In this document: piece by piece, positions 1-11,291 of the stretch
Layout of the letters: every line of letters begins with the position of its first letter
How positions within the stretch are numbered: the first letter of the stretch is position 1
DNA from: Paramoeba atlantica
Taxonomy: Eukaryota; Protista; Discosea
DNA: 64,000 bases
Assembly: GCA_977017575.1 (NCBI GenBank)
Contig: CDRNVI010000083.1
Location: forward strand, 1 to 64,000
Reading direction: 5' to 3'
Notes under the pieces: model-generated
What the model was told of the DNA's origin: nothing
What the model saw: only the letters and a program-made list of their open reading frames with translations
Databases searched by the model: none
Translations under genes and position numbers: made by a program

Positions 1-346
1 CTCGTTCTTTACAATGATTTCATCTTCAATCATTAGCGTACCATTCACTAGTCGCCTCTGCGGGCATAGGTTGACTAGGCACATCACGGGTTTCCCAGGA
101 ACAGAAAAATACCTAGCGCCTCCTATTGAGAGCTCCAATACGGACATGCCTCTTTCCTGAGCAAATTCCTGACTCCGAAGTCTTGAAAGTACTTCTTTTT
201 CTCTGTTGGTGATCACCAGCATGCATGAATTCTTTGGTATCCCATCAGTAGCATACTGGGCGTTTTTTAAGAAACCCTTAAATGATGAAGCGCATAAGCT
301 TGGATCCCGCAAGTTCATCAGCATTCTTTGATGTTCAAAGTCCTTT

Positions 347-3300
347 TCACTTGTTCCATCTCCAAAAAAAAAAAAAAAAACTTGTTCCATCTGCTCTATG
401 TTGGGTGGTAAGATTCGTAAAAACAAAATCATTAATTCCTAATGTACATGAATGGGGGCTGCAGCTAGCACCGTAGACCAGTGATGAGCCTGAAGTTCGT
501 ACTTGGGGTAATTGGAAAAAATCCCCGACCATGACTATGGAAAACCCGCCAAATATTGCTTGGCTCTCAGAAACTGCACAAAGTCTTTGATGAATTTGCC
601 ACAAAGTCTTAGTTGACACACACGATGCTTCGTCGATCAAAACGGTATCCACGCCATTGAATTTTTCTTTTAACTTTTTCAGCCTCTGAGGGTTTAGATA
701 ATCTAGGAAAGCGCTCTTACTCTTTTTACTCCACGCTGCTGGGAAACAGAATCCAGAATGTATGGTCTCCCCATTAATGTTGACAGCGCAAGCCCCCGAG
801 TATCCGAAGGCAAGTACGGATCTTGGGCGGAAAGCGTTCTTGGCTTCCATAAAGCATCGGCTGGTTTCACTTTTACCACACCCCGGACCTCCATGTAGAA
901 AGGCTTTGTATCCTTCTGACAATCCTATATGGTTTTCTGTTTGCTTTAGTGTGTTGAGAACGAATTGCTCTTGATCCTTATCCAACTTTTTGTCGAGAGA
1001 CCTATTCCTTATATGTTTTTCACCTAAACGAAAAATGAGCTCAACACTTTTGTTTATACTAAGAACTCGGGCTTTCGAGAACGGATTCTGATTCAAACTT
1101 TCCAATACATCTTCTTGCGTTGCATTATTTTGCTTGAGCTCATCAATATCATGATCAGGCGTTTGATTTGAAATTATCCTCCTGGATTTCCCAGCTGACA
1201 CCTTTATCTGAAACTTGTATGTTTTGTTGTCGAAGTTATCGCGACAGGATGTACTCATTGCGCCGATGCTCTGAGGCGCAGCATAGCAATGATTCGTTCT
1301 CTGATCCGATGTCCATGTATCTTTCAAAAGCCTTTCTACTTGATCTTCAAGTTCAACCAAGAAAAGTTCAGTTTCAACGTTTCTTTTCTTTCCTTTCTTC
1401 GAATTTGCTTGATGTTGTGCAAGGAGATCGTTCGCTTCCTGAATTCCATCCGCAGCTTCTTTTTCTAAACACCCAGTAGCTTCTGCAACATCTTGCGCTG
1501 TTTCTGTTAAGCCTTTTGATTTCCATTCTTCATAAGTAGTAGCTTCCTGGTGCCTAAACATGTTGATCATGCATCTTGGTTCTTCAAAGGAAGAATCCTG
1601 AATTCCGATTCTCAAGTTATTGATGATCTTAATTAAGAAAGAGCAAATTTCCGGAGGGTATTCCGTTCCTTCCACCTTTTTTCCCTCACTACACTCCTTG
1701 AGTATCTTCAAGTACTCTTTCCAGTCGCTTAGCCTATATGATATTTTCTTATCTTTTGAGAAGGGGCGCATAAGGGCAGAAAAATATTTCGCGTGTTTTT
1801 TTGCTAAAACAGTTGTAGAATGATCGCAATCTGTAGCGACATCCCGGAGATGTGGCCAGTGTGGTATATACCCTGGAGATGGGATAACATATTTGCTCCG
1901 TATTCGCTGAGTAAAAGTTTCAATCAGCGGATGTCCTTTCTTGAATGCGAATGTAGTGTTTCTTGATCTCCCTTTCTTGGTTTTACCAATTGTTTTCACT
2001 GATGATATGCGAACTCTCGCAATAGTGGCGTCGTAAAGGTAAAAATTTAAGAACTCAAGTTCTGTGCCTCGAAAGTAATAGTCCAGAGCCTTACTGCACA
2101 TTTCAGTAGACCCATCATCCCTTACAATCACATCAGAGAGGCCTTCATTATCTGATATTTCGCTATCAGTCTCTGTTTCGTCTTCCTGTACTCCTGAAAC
2201 GCCTTTGACCATTAATTTAGATGCCTGCCGTACATCCAAGCAGGAAACTATATGGCTGCATTCTTCCGACTCATAACCAAGGCAACAATACATGGCCAGC
2301 TGGGCCGACACTTCTTGCATTCCTAGTTGACTATTTCCAAGCCTATTGCAGAGCAATGTGTCTGCTGAATTCTCGTGCGATCTTCGGCTTCCGTATTTTT
2401 CTTTGTGTTTTGCTGCTTGAACTGCCCCAATACAAGTATTGATATCAAGCAAGTTTTTGGACAAATATTTAAAAAGATAGAAAGTAGTTATCGCTGCAAC
2501 GCAAGCTGATCCGAGAAAAACAACATTTGTATTGAATCCAAGGAGGCAGGACATGATCGAATTGTATTCTGCAGTATTTTTATCCCTTGATGATCTCTTA
2601 GGCAAGTACAATAGAGGGCGAAAGTCGGGTGACATATAACCAAAGAAAGAGGGCTCTGTACTTTCAGCACGGGCCGCCATATTTTCTGAAACTGTTTTTG
2701 CCACTACTTTTCCTGGTGTAGAACTTGATTGTTCTAACAAATAAAAAGCATTCAATGGCGTAACCTGGCGTGGGTATGCATATCGGCATTTTGTTGGCGC
2801 TACACCTATATTTTTGAAACATTTCTCCGTATGCACATGCTGTTGCACAGTTGATGCAACTCGATGCTCTCTGATATCCATGGCTTTCTGATTATCGAAT
2901 GGCGGGCATGGCTCTAACCCCACTCTTCCCCCGGCGCTTCTCGTATCTCCTTTATCCCACGGCACGGAAACCGTCATCCAATCAGAAACTAATTGGCTTA
3001 TACTGTTTCTTTCTGATTCCATATGAATCTTTTCGGAAGCATACTCAGCGAGAGGGATGCCCCATATAACAATATGCATATGCAAATTTCCTCTACCTTG
3101 TGTCTCAACCACCCCAAACATTCCCTTCATAATCTTGAAAATTCCGACGGGCATTTCTTCTGAAATAGCACTGACCGATTGGCCTGATTTTTTAAATCGT
3201 TTGTGCGGGACTACACCAAATATCGTGGTAAGTAACGCATCAATAATTAAATGAAATGTTTGCGCTGCATATGCAGGGTGATCTCGCACTTTTTGTACTC

Positions 3301-3649
3301 TTTGGTACGCATCGTCAATTAGAAAATCCTCTTGCACGCTTTTTGAAGAGGCGCATAGGTATTCCAGGGTAATTTTCATATCTGGATCGCATGGGGATAC
3401 GGTGGCGTAGAGTGTCGGATGACCCATGAACCCATGAATTGCCACCATTTGTTTAAAGCACGCATTCCGAGCTGCGTCGGAAAATGGAACATCACCAGTT
3501 ACAATATGCAGGACATTGCATGCTTCCAACAGAAGCTTACGATTTTCCTTTCGTTGAGGGTCCTTCTGTGCCTCCTTCAACTGCACAATTATATTTTCTT
3601 TTTCCAAAAGTTTCTTTGCTTTTTTCCACATATTGGGCTTGACCCTCAC
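347..3649 (-). pseudogene. Helitron Rep (HUH) plus Pif1-type helicase segment
   Basis: HPTLYATVSPCD, HUH motif, Walker A/B, LTTQHRADG. Frameshifted at 362-392 by a poly(A) insertion; the helicase frame resumes and stays open to base ~1. Confidence 0.9.
349..392 (+). mobile_element. CC-poly(A) insertion flanked by a 13-bp target-site duplication
   Basis: ACTTGTTCCATCT at 349-361 and 380-392 around CC+A run. Removing 31 nt restores the helicase frame HRADGTSEKDFEH. Confidence 0.85.
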
Positions 3650-3658
3650 ACTTCGAGC

Positions 3659-4855
3659 TCAGGAATGGCGCCTGATTTGATCCCAATGTAAGAAACCAAA
3701 ATTTCCGTTTCTGCACCAACGAGGGTCTTTTTGCAACAACAAATGCTTCAGGCCGCTGTCAGGAGTAAGGGGGCGCTTTAGGAGATTGGCAGACGCTTCA
3801 GAAAGAACTGGAAAAAGATCTGGAAACCCCGTTCCCAAAATTTTGTCATTCTCGTTAAACTCTTTAGCTGCACTTGTAACGTGAATTCTGGCATGGTGCC
3901 TTCTTTGGTCATTACCTTTTATGAGGTTTGTTAGGCTTTCGACTATCTCATCCTCAGCATTTCGTTGGGGAGGTTCACATAGTAAAACGTTTTCTACCTC
4001 CGACTTTTCTTCTTCTATCGCGTTTCGTTTATGAGCTAATAGTGAAGCTGCCACTGAAATGGCATTGTTGACAACAGTTGCTTCTTCAAGTATTCTTTTG
4101 CTTTCGTTCACCAAATCCTCTATTCTCTGTTCCGATATGTGAATATCTGAGTAGAATACATTGTGTTCTTTAAGAAAATAAAGCCAAGCTCTTGTAGCGT
4201 CAGCCCGAACAGAGAAATATGCCTGTAGGGAAGCATCTGTTTCAGCTTTCCTTTTTGTTTGTTCACCGACAAATGTCACAAACACCCTCTGTTCAGTAGC
4301 TGGAAGAATCTGAGCTATGTCCTGAGGTCCTGTTGAAAACAATGAAATAACATGATTTCAAAATTTTTTCTCAAAATTCCGCCCATGACGAATTTCACAG
4401 AGCGTCTGGAAATTCAGAATACGGCATATGGCCGATCGTTCGACAACTCCCAATGTTGGCAAACGGAGATCTCTTAAATTCAGACCAAAGTCCAAGTCGT
4501 TCTTAAACGAAAAGTATGGGATGCCTCCTAGTCTAACGCTTTTCCTGCAACGAGAACACGAGCGCACCTCAGTACCAAACACCGCCTCCGAATCTATGCA
4601 ATACAGATTTCCACCTATCGAAGACGTGTGTTTTCCTTTTAAGTTTGCATCCATGATAGCGCGAAGCATGTCACAGTCTTTTACAGGGATTCCTTCCAAA
4701 ATCTCATGGGAAGGTTCAATAACCCCACACACGCCACACGACGTAGCTTTAAGCTCTGTATTCCTTTGGAAATTATGAAAACATTCAGCTTTTTCTTCAG
4801 ACGTGCAAGGCTTCAATTCCTGCTTCCAATCCTTTGGAAACATTGGTGATCCCTG
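3659..4855 (-). pseudogene. Helitron N-proximal segment (CxxC motifs, DUF6570-like region, GFPDLFP motif)
   Basis: CGVCG, CSRC..IPYFSFKNDLDFG, LPTLGVVERSAICR, WLYFLKEHNVFYSDI, GFPDLFP, LLLQKDPRW. Single in-frame TGA codons at 4358 and 3659. Confidence 0.8.
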
Positions 4856-5242
4856 AGTGGAGGTGGCGGAGTGGCAAGAACTCAAAGTTTGAAGCACATG
4901 GTGCCCAGACGGCGAGTTCAAACCCACTCATCGCAATATTCCCGGCGGCCTCACTCTAAGAGGCTGGGCTGAGAACCGACTAGGCCAAAGTACTCGGAGG
5001 ACCGTCCCGGACCCTCCCCTCAGGGAACTAGCTCCCTTACACGGCTTACACCTCTTGGGTGAGCCGTGTTGACGTACAGTTCGTCGACGCAGCGTGTTGG
5101 CAACATCACGTTGGTGCCGCCTTGGGCAAGCGGAAACTGGTAGAGGACGTCGGCCTCGGAACTTCCAAATCTGTCTGTGAAGGGTCTGGCTTGCCAGTGA
5201 CCATCCGGAGCAATCCGGAATGATTTGGATTTGGATTGGATT
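4856..5242 (+). mobile_element. 387-bp SINE-like or 5'-truncated LINE insertion with (T)TTGGA tail
   Basis: 9-bp TSD TGATCCCTG at 4847-4855 and 5243-5251. Removing 396 nt restores the Helitron frame (FLQGS|PMFPK). The last ~80 bp recur at 45639-45717. Confidence 0.75.
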
Positions 5243-5287
5243 TGATCCCTGTAAAAATTTTAGTGATGCAGATCGAGGGCATTCTTC

Positions 5288-6686
5288 GGGAGGGGGGGCA
5301 CTCGATGAATATTCATCGAACGTACTGTCCGCTAGATGAATATTCATCGAACAGGATGTCCTGTTCGATGAATGGATTGCAGTACGACTCGTTCGATGAA
5401 TCATTCATCGAACAGGATTTCCTGTTCGATGAATGAAAAAACAATTTTTTTTTGTAAAAAAAAAGCTCGTTTCGGTCTGCATCACGCTCCTGGCTGCTAC
5501 CTTGATCCGTAAGACAAAAATAAATCCGAAACGTTATCAAAAAGCGGAAGTATTCTTAAAACTATTGCCTCATAAGTTTACAAAGATAAAATCATAACTT
5601 ACAAATACACAAACCTGCGGAAGTGGCAGACACAGGTCCTCAGTGCGCGACCCAAAAAATATTGGGTTGGGGGTACGTTCGTTGTACTCAACGAACTGCC
5701 GGATTTTCGTTGAGTACTCAACGAACGGAAATTTACGGTGCAAGTCAAGGACTTTTGTGGAACACCCAAGAATTGTTTTTAATTTTCATTTTCCGTGCGT
5801 TCAGTATCCTACACTTCACTATATACGTTGACAACGCCTGCGTAGCGAAAACTACGAAATTCAGTGAGCTTCGCAAATTGCTTCCCACTAACGACGCACA
5901 GGGGAATCCTACGCGGGGTACGGCTCAGGCCCGCTCACGCGGGCCCTCGCCGTTTCGCGGCCGCGCGCACCCCCGCTCACGCGGGGGCCCCCGCGCGGCC
6001 AAAATGGGTACTAAAATTTGTTATCAAGGTAGTTGGGCTTCGCAAATTGCTTCCCACGAATCTAGAGAGAAGCACACGTACAATAATCTTTAACGATAAA
6101 GATACAGTTTCTGTACCTTGTTGATTATTTACTTTTTTTACCTTTCATGGGAGTGTTCACACGCTCCAAAGCAAAAGAATCAGGAGTAGCTCCTGAGATT
6201 TTGCCGCTCCCTCGTGCCCGATGGAAAAAGAAGGCCGTGATGCCAACTCATCCGCCCGCCGTGCTAATATCCACCACCTCCGCATGGAGCGCGCGGGTCG
6301 CCAAAAAATATAATTATGTCCCAGGGCTACGCTCACAGTTGGGCCTTGCTCGCAAAGGGGGGCTTTTGCCTCCAGAAGCGGGCTACGCTCACAGTTGGGC
6401 CTTGCTCGCAGACGGGGGCCTTGCTTGCACACTTGGGCTTCGCTGACAGTTGGGCCTTGCCTCCAGACATGTAAACGAGATGGTAATGTTCAAATTCCCC
6501 AAAAAAAATCGAGACGAAAAATTCGTGCAGAAGTGCCCGTTGGATGAATGATTCATCGAACGCACTGCCCGTTCGATGAATATTCATCGAACGGGACGCC
6601 TGGTCATCGAACGGGACGCCGTTCAATGAATATTCATCGAACTAGCAGTGCGTTCGATGAATTTTCATCGAATGCCCCCCCTGGCC
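5288..6686. mobile_element. Non-autonomous TIR element (GG ends, 8-bp TSD; Merlin- or hAT-like) with palindromic subterminal arrays
   Basis: TSD CATTCTTC at 5280-5287 and 6687-6694. TIR core AGGGGGGGCA(C/T)TCGATGAA(T/A)ATTCATCGAAC. Roughly 130 bp of TTCGATGAA/TTCATCGAA palindromes at each end. Confidence 0.8.
6085..6123 (+). ncRNA. Spliced-leader (mini-exon)-like sequence not followed by a GT donor
   Basis: AATCTTTAACGATAAAGATACAGTTTCTGTACCTTGTTG contains the kinetoplastid SL core ACAGTTTCTGTAC and terminal TTG. It is followed by a T-rich leader and ATG at 6147. The 5' end is uncertain. Confidence 0.7.
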
Positions 6687-7237
6687 CATTCTTCTGCCTT
6701 TTCAATTGATGCTAGTTTCCACTTCTGTTGTATGGCATTGCTTTCTTCCGTCAATGCAAATTCCTGGGAAGGACGCGTGTTCTGGTAAATTGACTCACTC
6801 TGGCGTGCATGAGACAAAGAGGCAATTTTTACGTTATGTTCAGGGGTGGAAACATGCAGTTTCACGTTTTCCAGTGAAGCAGCACCTCTATATTTGCAGG
6901 AGGAGCATCTGAACACTCGCCTGCTAGGTAAGAAAAGCACCTTTCTATGGGATTTGTTATACGTTGCTAAGAAGGCTCTAATTTGATGAGATTCCCCTTT
7001 CTCATGCCGTTGAACGTTCTTTCTCACTACTTCAATATTGCAAACATCGCACATGTAAAGTGCAACGTTAACGCACCCTTCTACTTTCTGAACATCATAC
7101 ATTTCCTCACCATCTTTGCAATGCTTCTCCCGCATGTGCCGCTTCATGTTTCTTTGCAAACTAAAGCATCCGCAAATATTGCAACGTATTTTTTGACTCT
7201 CGTGAGACGACAGGTGGGTATGTCTCTTTTTCGGCAT
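6687..7237 (-). pseudogene. N-terminal triple zinc-finger segment of the Helitron protein
   Basis: CNICG..KRHMREKH, CDVC..QRHEKGESH, CSSC..LHVSTPEH. Joins in frame to the 5280 side (EKAEE|CPRSASLK) when 5288-6686 plus one TSD is removed. Confidence 0.75.
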
Positions 7238-7697
7238 ACTAGAGGAATAAAAAAAGTGTTTGAAATTACTCTAGCACGAAATGCCGCTCGATTACTGTAC
7301 CTGAACACACTTCAACCTCGTAAACGCCAACTTCACTTTTCATACATTGTCAAACCATACAAAATTTCAAATTCCTGGCAGTCTTCCTCCAAAAGTGGCT
7401 TTTTCATTACTAATACAGTAATGATTCAATTTCCTACTTGTACCACTATAGTGAAGTGTCTTAGCTCGGGCGGCGGGGTGCGCTAAGCCCCAATACTACT
7501 AGCCTAAATCATCAACCAAAGCTTTCAAAGTATGCTAGCAGTGTCCCTGGCCGGAGTGATTCTCTTTCTCTTTCCTTTATTTCTACCGCCCACCTTTCCA
7601 CGCCCTTCTTTTTCTACACATCCTCACTCTGTGTCTCTCCTGTCCCACCCTCTCTCTGAGAATAGCTCTCTCTGAGAATAGTATGACCCTGCTCGTT

Positions 7698-7760
7698 TTT
7701 TTTTCTCTACATATATACAAAATGCGAACCGTGTTTTTGGTGGCCAGCTGGCCACTTTTC
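7698..7760. repeat. ~65-bp direct repeat, left copy (right copy 12039-12107), containing the palindrome GTGGCCAGCTGGCCAC
   Basis: ATATATACAAAATGC(G/A)AACCGTGTTTTTGGTGGCCAGCTGGCCACTTTT at both positions; partial third copy at 7770-7800. Confidence 0.9.
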
Positions 7761-7789
7761 GACGAAGCACAAACCGTGTTTTTGGTGGC

Positions 7790-10160
7790 CAGCTGGCCAC
7801 CCTTCCACAACATGGCCAGCTGGCCACCCTTCCACAACATGGCCAGCTGGCCACCCTTCCACAACATGGCCAGCTGGCCACCCTTCCACAACATGGCCAG
7901 CTGGCCACCCTTCCACAACATGGCCAGCTGGCCACCCTTCCACAACATGGCCAGCTGGCCACCCTTCCACAACATGGCCAGCTGGCCGCCCTTCCACAAC
8001 ATGGCCAGCTGGCCACCCTTCCACAACATGGCCAGCTGGCCACCCTTCCACAACATGGCCAGCTGGCCACCCTTCCACAACATGGCCAGCTGGCCACCCT
8101 TCCACAACATGGCCAGCTGGCCACCCTTCCACAACATGGCCAGCTGGCCACCCTTCCACAACATGGCCAGCTGGCCACCCTTCCACAACATGGCCAGCTG
8201 GCCACCCTTCCACAACATGGCCAGCTGGCCACCCTTCCACAACATGGCCAGCTGGCCACCCTTCCACAACATGGCCAGCTGGCCACCCTTCCACAACATG
8301 GCCAGCTGGCCACCCTTCCACAACATGGCCAGCTGGCCACCCTTCCACAACATGGCCAGCTGGCCACCCTTCCACAACATGGCCAGCTGGCCACCCTTCC
8401 ACAACATGGCCAGCTGGCCACCCTTCCACAACATGGCCAGCTGGCCGCCCTTCCACAACATGGCCAGCTGGCCACCCTTCCACAACATGGCCAGCTGGCC
8501 ACCCTTCCACAACATGGCCAGCTGGCCACCCTTCCACAACATGGCCAGCTGGCCACCCTTCCACAACATGGCCAGCTGGCCACCCTTCCACAACATGGCC
8601 AGCTGGCCACCCTTCCACAACATGGCCAGCTGGCCACCCTTCCACAACATGGCCAGCTGGCCACCCTTCCACAACATGGCCAGCTGGCCACCCTTCCACA
8701 ACATGGCCAGCTGGCCACCCTTCCACAACATGGCCAGCTGGCCACCCTTCCACAACTAGGCCAGCTGGCCACCCTTCCACAACATGGCCAGCTGGCCACC
8801 CTTCCACAACATGGCCAGCTGGCCACCCTTCCACAACATGGCCAGCTGGCCACCCTTCCACAACATGGCCAGCTGGCCACCCTTCCACAACATGGCCAGC
8901 TGGCCACCCTTCCACAACATGGCCAGCTGGCCACCCTTCCACAACATGGCCAGCTGGCCACCCTTCCACAACATGGCCAGCTGGCCACCCTTCCACAACA
9001 TGGCCAGCTGGCCACCCTTCCACAACATGGCCAGCTGGCCACCCTTCCACAACATGGCCAGCTGGCCACCCTTCCACAACATGGCCAGCTGGCCACCCTT
9101 CCACAACATGGCCAGCTGGCCACCCTTCCACAACATGGCCAGCTGGCCACCCTTCCACAACATGGCCAGCTGGCCACCCTTCCACAACATGGCCAGCTGG
9201 CCGCCCTTCCACAACATGGCCAGCTGGCCACCCTTCCACAACATGGCCAGCTGGCCACCCTTCCACAACATGGCCAGCTGGCCACCCTTCCACAACATGG
9301 CCAGCTGGCCACCCTTCCACAACATGGCCAGCTGGCCACCCTTCCACAACATGGCCAGCTGGCCACCCTTCCACAACATGGCCAGCTGGCCACCCTTCCA
9401 CAACATGGCCAGCTGGCCACCCTTCCACAACATGGCCAGCTGGCCACCCTTCCACAACTAGGCCAGCTGGCCACCCTTCCACAACATGGCCAGCTGGCCA
9501 CCCTTCCACAACATGGCCAGCTGGCCACCCTTCCACAACATGGCCAGCTGGCCACCCTTCCACAACTAGGCCAGCTGGCCGCCCTTCCACAACATGGCCA
9601 GCTGGCCACCCTTCCACAACATGGCCAGCTGGCCACCCTTCCACAACATGGCCAGCTGGCCACCCTTCCACAACATGGCCAGCTGGCCACCCTTCCACAA
9701 CATGGCCAGCTGGCCACCCTTCCACAACATGGCCAGCTGGCCACCCTTCCACAACATGGCCAGCTGGCCACCCTTCCACAACATGGCCAGCTGGCCACCC
9801 TTCCACAACATGGCCAGCTGGCCACCCTTCCACAACATGGCCAGCTGGCCACCCTTCCACAACATGGCCAGCTGGCCACCCTTCCACAACATGGCCAGCT
9901 GGCCACCCTTCCACAACATGGCCAGCTGGCCACCCTTCCACAACATGGCCAGCTGGCCACCCTTCCACAACATGGCCAGCTGGCCACCCTTCCACAACAT
10001 GGCCAGCTGGCCACCCTTCCACAACATGGCCAGCTGGCCACCCTTCCACAACATGGCCAGCTGGCCACCCTTCCACAACATGGCCAGCTGGCCACCCTTC
10101 CACAACATGGCCAGCTGGCCACCCTTCCACAACATGGCCAGCTGGCCACCCTTCCACAAA
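7790..10160. repeat. 27-bp tandem satellite, ~87 units (CATGGCCAGCTGGCCACCCTTCCACAA)
   Basis: Near-perfect tandem array. Each unit has the 14-bp palindrome TGGCCAGCTGGCCA. Rare variants are CCGCCC and AACTAGG. Confidence 0.98.
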
Positions 10161-10226
10161 TTGGCCACTTCTAAAACATGGTCACTTCCACAACATGGTC
10201 ACTTCCACAACATGGCCAGCTGGCCA

Positions 10227-10320
10227 TGATGATATCTTTTAAGATAGAGTATTTTGAGGATGTAACTAACTTGCGCATATGACGCTGTTGGGTGCATCCC
10301 TTATGCGGAGAGTGTCTCTG
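10227..10320 (-). mobile_element. Second, shorter copy of the same retroelement 3' end
   Basis: Identical to 10951-11044, with identical degenerate satellite units alongside (10160-10226 = 10884-10950). Confidence 0.7.
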
Positions 10321-10882
10321 GCCAGCTGGCCACCCTTCCACAACTAGGCCAGCTGGCCGCCCTTCCACAACATGGCCAGCTGGCCACCCTTCCACAACAT
10401 GGCCAGCTGGCCACCCTTCCACAACATGGCCAGCTGGCCACCCTTCCACAACATGGCCAGCTGGCCACCCTTCCACAACATGGCCAGCTGGCCACCCTTC
10501 CACAACATGGCCAGCTGGCCACCCTTCCACAACATGGCCAGCTGGCCACCCTTCCACAACATGGCCAGCTGGCCACCCTTCCACAACATGGCCAGCTGGC
10601 CACCCTTCCACAACATGGCCAGCTGGCCACCCTTCCACAACATGGCCAGCTGGCCACCCTTCCACAACATGGCCAGCTGGCCACCCTTCCACAACATGGC
10701 CAGCTGGCCACCCTTCCACAACATGGCCAGCTGGCCACCCTTCCACAACATGGCCAGCTGGCCACCCTTCCACAACATGGCCAGCTGGCCACCCTTCCAC
10801 AACATGGCCAGCTGGCCACCCTTCCACAACATGGCCAGCTGGCCACCCTTCCACAACATGGCCAGCTGGCCACCCTTCCACA
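10321..10882. repeat. Second block of the 27-bp satellite, ~21 units
   Basis: Same unit; begins with the same AACTAGG/CCGCCC variant pair as 9543. Confidence 0.97.
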
Positions 10883-10950
10883 AATTGGCCACTTCTAAAA
10901 CATGGTCACTTCCACAACATGGTCACTTCCACAACATGGCCAGCTGGCCA

Positions 10951-11291
10951 TGATGATATCTTTTAAGATAGAGTATTTTGAGGATGTAACTAACTTGCGC
11001 ATATGACGCTGTTGGGTGCATCCCTTATGCGGAGAGTGTCTCTGCATCGCTCCATTGCGGGGAATCACGCTTATGCCATAATAAGAAGCTGGAACGGATA
11101 GCAGCTCGGGAGAGTGACGCCCGACATTTAGCCCCCAAATCTTCGTCCCCTCCAAACAAACGATTAATATCCGCTGAGGAGGCTACCAGACCACCTCGTG
11201 CTCCAATTTCGAATACGAGGAGGTACGTGTTCGGGTGCACTGTTCGTCGTTCGTGTAATAGGGCGTTGTACTTGAGGCGTTTATATTCATT
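10951..11291 (-). mobile_element. 3' end of an REL-endonuclease non-LTR retrotransposon (HERO-like), 5'-truncated
   Basis: KRLKYNAL..VFEIGARGG..AAIRSSFLLWHKR..QW resembles the HERO/R2-group C-terminus. Short 3' UTR ending ATATCATCA. Both junctions lie in the satellite palindrome. Confidence 0.65.

Larger units (their letters stand above)
1..7237 (-). mobile_element. Helitron (Helitron2/Helentron-like) Rep-Pif1 helicase element, disrupted; runs off the left window edge
   Basis: HUH Rep motif VETQGRGNLHMHIV, QQHVHTEKC/KCRYAYPR, Pif1 motifs GGPGCGKS, VLIDEAS, FGGFSIVMVGDFFQLPQV and (bases 1-348) PGKPVMCLVNL..LVNGT. ORFs 347-3649, 3659-4342, 4358-4927 and 6665-7237 share one frame. Termini not identified. 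Confidence 0.9.

Noticed and set aside
3659-4360. UGA recoding suggested by TGA-only interruptions in the Helitron and Merlin ORFs
   Set aside because: Host genes at 24968, 34338 and 58469 end in TGA and use TGG for Trp, and the CRE-like element has a TAA lesion. Ordinary C-to-T nonsense mutation is sufficient.
6147-6446. 99-aa ORF as a complete gene
   Set aside because: From ~6322 it reads through a dispersed repeat module; only the first ~58 codons could be genuine.
7583-10966. Long ORFs in all frames (MASWPPFHN, LWKGGQLAM, EGWPAGHVV repeats)
   Set aside because: By-products of a stop-free 27-bp satellite; no unique coding domain.
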